Assembly (NCBI GenBank): GCA_030390025.1
Contig: CM059433.1
Coordinates: forward strand, 27,096,001 to 27,160,000
Origin: Squalus acanthias
Lineage: Eukaryota
Direction: 5' to 3'
DNA: 64,000 bases
The notes beneath the pieces were generated by a model. It was not told the origin of the DNA. It did not search any database and saw only the letters and a list, made by a program, of their open reading frames with translations. Of this stretch, positions 61,248 through 64,000 are shown piece by piece. The first letter of the stretch is position 1, and each line of letters opens with the position of its first letter. A program made the translations under genes and the position numbers.

Positions 61248-62279
61248 GGGGCGATTTACCCTGGATACTTTAGGCGCGAAAGTGCCTCCGAGGTGGCCAA
61301 GATGGGGTCTTAAGCTGAAACGTCGGTTTAGCCAGCATTTAGTGCACAATGCCATCTTGGTAAAGGAGTTGAAGCTTGCACTAGGAACGGCCACCCAGGC
61401 AGCTCCTTAAGGGGCTGATTGCCACTTAAATTGCCCGCTCGCACTCACTGACAAGGCTGCACAACATTTTGATAGCTAGCGCTTGACCTATCGTCCTTCT
61501 AACAGCGACCAGCTGATTGGGAGTAAACTAGTCGTTGCAGAGGATTTCAAGCACTATTTAAAAGGTATAACATCTTTTACTGTTCACTTGCTGCTGGAGG
61601 TTTGAAGAAAACTTTTGAAACACTTCGGGAGACTTTCTGGGACACTTTTTCAAGACTTCACCAACGCTTCAGCAACATTTATTCTGTAAATTCTCTGAGG
61701 ATTTCACCTCAGTCCTACTCTACCTTATTGGAAACTTATAGGAGTCACCAGGAGAAAGGGAGTGCTTGGTCATCAGCATCTTGCTAGTGGTCCCCCTTGG
61801 TCTGGGAGGAATGGGAGGAGGACATAAGGCCAGACAGAGCAGCACCAGCTGCAGCAGGAGAGAGGGACGGGAGGGAGAGGTGGACTCCTTCCCCCGTGCG
61901 GGTACAGGACATCCCTCTTCCTCTGGACCTCCTCCAGCAGGATCTCCACTGCCGTGTCTAAGAACCTGTGCCCCCGCTCTCTCAGTCCCTGAGCCATTCT
62001 GCAACATGCTGCTGTGTGTCAGCCTGCACACTCCACACCTTCAGTGGAAGTGGGTGAGTGGAGCCCATATATATTGCTCCACGAAAATTGCGTCTAATCA
62101 GCGCTTGAGTGCTAAACCTGCAGGTGTCTCTGTTTTAGCACCTCCAGGCAAGTTCAAATTATGGTAATCAGCAATTAGGACCAAAATTGCATGCTAAAAC
62201 CAGACTTTCAAACAGGCGTGTCTTATCAGCACAGTACCCATTTAGCGCCTGTTTTCACTCTTTCACCAAAATAACCCCC
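61248..62279. mobile_element. Harbinger internal-deletion derivative retaining the 5' ends of both genes
   Basis: TIR-like GGGGCGATTT / AAATAACCCC; Myb start MAQGLRERGHRFLDTAVEILLEEVQRKRDVLYP on minus from 61997, fused to a transposase-like 5' end on plus (~61770-61885). Confidence 0.6.
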
Positions 62280-62734
62280 ACAAAGTCTGACAGGAGGGGG
62301 CGTGGACGTTTCTTCTACCTGCCCGCCTCCATTGTGACATCACTGTAAGAGGCGGCACATTCTGTGCGATCAAATCCTGTCAGTTCCACCCACTATATAG
62401 GCAGCCTGCATGATGCAAACGTATTTGCTGTACAATAGCCATAAGTGAGGCCAAGAGACTTCGACTGCCATTACGAAAGCAGTAACTTAGCTAAGGATAT
62501 GGTCAGGATCAACTATCTTTTTTGGGCAATTCGGCCAGGCTGCAGAGAATTCCAGACCCTGTGGAGTGAACCCCAGAGAGCACCATAAATGCTGCGAGTA
62601 TCAATCCCTTCTATGCTAATGACTCCTTCGCCGAGATTGGGGACACGATCAATGCCAGGCAGGCTGCTGGGTGGAAGTTCTGCCCCATCACATTTCCAGA
62701 GGCCAGAGGAATTTCCATGCCAGGTAACATATAT

Positions 62735-62915
62735 GTTTAATTTTAACCTAACTCCCTGGGCGGGAAACTCACGAAATCGGGTGGAATGCTGGTGCTACAC
62801 CTCGCCCAGTACCGCTCACACTGACACCAATGGTGAGTAAAATCGGGCAGGGTGTAAAACCAGCGTTGCACCAATCCCGTCAGTATCCCGACGGTCGGGT
62901 TAGGTTAAAATGACC
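62735..62915. repeat. Imperfect palindromic MITE-like element
   Basis: ATTTTAACCTAAC...GTTAGGTTAAAAT ends with internal arms TGCTGGTGCTACACC / GGTGTAAAACCAGCG. Confidence 0.5.
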
Positions 62916-63344
62916 TCCATAGTGTGTGCATGTTAAATTCATAGAAGATACAGACGTCGCAACATACTGCGTTTTTTTTACCATGGTGCTGATGGTCCAA
63001 ATGAAATAAAAAATAGATCCCTGGGCAGTGGGTCATGCTTCATTTGCTGTTCGGCTTGGGATTACTCTCCATTTCCCCCTGAATTCATACCTCTGCAGTA
63101 CATTTTCACGCTAATATGAGATCAAACTATAGAATTTGATGTTTACACTGCCAAGGTTGTACTGGAGTAGTCAATCTGGGTACAAATTGGCCCATGTAAA
63201 CATGTTATTACTAGCTCAAGTACTAGGAAATCTCTCCTCTGCCTATGAAAGTATATGATGTGGAGATGCCGGCGTTGGACTGGGGTGGACAAAAATGAGA
63301 AGTCGCACAACACCAGGTTATAGTCCAACAGATTTATTTAAAAT

Positions 63345-63380
63345 TACAAGCTTTCGGAGCTGTTGCCCCTTCCTCAGGTA
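63345..63380 (-). ncRNA. Minimal hammerhead ribozyme motif (second family)
   Basis: Minus strand UAC CUGAGGA A GGGGC AACA GCUCC GAAA GC UU GUA. Confidence 0.6.
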
Positions 63381-63392
63381 GAGTAGCTACTC

Positions 63393-63428
63393 TACCTGAG
63401 GAAGGGGCGACAGCTCCGAAAGCTTGTA
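63393..63428 (+). ncRNA. Minimal hammerhead ribozyme motif (second family)
   Basis: TAC CTGAGGA A GGGGC GACA GCTCC GAAA GC TT GTA; palindromic stem III AAGCUU; stem I only 3 bp. Confidence 0.6.
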
Positions 63429-63494
63429 ATTTTAAATAAATCTGTTGGACTATAACCTGGTGTTGTGCGACTTCTCATTTATGAAAGTATAGGC

Positions 63495-64000
63495 ATCAAA
63501 CTCACCATGGACCACTCCTCAGAATCGGTTTCATTCTTGGACACACGAATCTCCATCAAAGACGGACACCTCAGCACTTCACTCTACCGCAAGCCCACGG
63601 ACAACCTCACGATGCTCCACTTCTCCAGCTTCCACCCTAACCACGTTAAAGAAGCCATCCCCTATGGACAAGCCCTGCGAATACACAGGATCGAGGAGGA
63701 ACGCGATGGACACCTACGGACGCTGAAAAACGCCCTCGTAAGAACGGGATATGACGCTCGACTCGTCGATCGACAGTTCCGACGAGCCACAGTGAAAAAT
63801 CGCATAGACCTCCTCAGAAGGCGAACATGGGACACAACCAACAGAGTACCCTACGTCGTCCAGTACTTCCCCGGAGCGGAGAAACTACGCCATGTTCTTC
63901 GCAGCCTTCAACATGTCATCGATGACGACGAACACCTCGCTAAGGCCATCCCCACGCCTCCACTACTCGCCTTCAAGCAGCCGCCTAACCTCAAAAGCAC
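63495..64000 (+). mobile_element. Penelope-like element ORF fragment (RT C-terminus/thumb and linker), open to window end
   Basis: IKLTMDHSSESVSFLDTRISIKDGHLSTSLYRKPTDNLTMLHFSSFHPNHVKEAIPYGQALRIHRI...GY...LAFKQPPNLK; no stop in frame, so absent from the ORF track. Confidence 0.9.

Larger units (their letters stand above)
63256..63479. mobile_element. 224-bp non-coding Penelope-derived fold-back element with two hammerhead motifs
   Basis: 12-bp TSD TATGAAAGTATA (63244-63255, 63480-63491); loop-less palindrome 63293-63480 centred on 63386/63387. Confidence 0.85.

Noticed and set aside
1..64000. CRISPR arrays, prokaryotic operons, rRNA genes
   Set aside because: No regularly spaced direct repeats or rRNA-like sequence seen; content is vertebrate intronic repeat DNA.

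Overview
Eukaryotic, repeat-saturated intronic DNA, most likely from a cartilaginous fish (inferred from the mix of CR1, L2, Penelope-like, Harbinger and Deu-type SINE elements). The only host coding sequence I can support is three tiny phase-0 Gly-X-Y collagen exons on the minus strand (22086-22042, 17083-17030, 5846-5793), whose order and lengths best fit COL21A1. Everything else is nested transposon debris: canonical CR1 LINEs (one with an esterase ORF1), L2 fragments, two solo LTRs, a hAT MITE, many PIF/Harbinger elements (one nearly complete two-gene copy, plus a young three-copy MITE family) and Penelope-like elements carrying minimal hammerhead ribozymes. The most unusual object is a ~3.15-kb EN-RT LINE (55799-58948) that starts with a tRNA-Thr(AGT)-like RNA polymerase III promoter, has no ORF1 and has no run of four T on its sense strand. 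This makes it a candidate Pol III-transcribed, protein-coding retrotransposon family. Boundaries are exact where a TSD, TIR or splice site is quoted and approximate elsewhere. No database searches were run.
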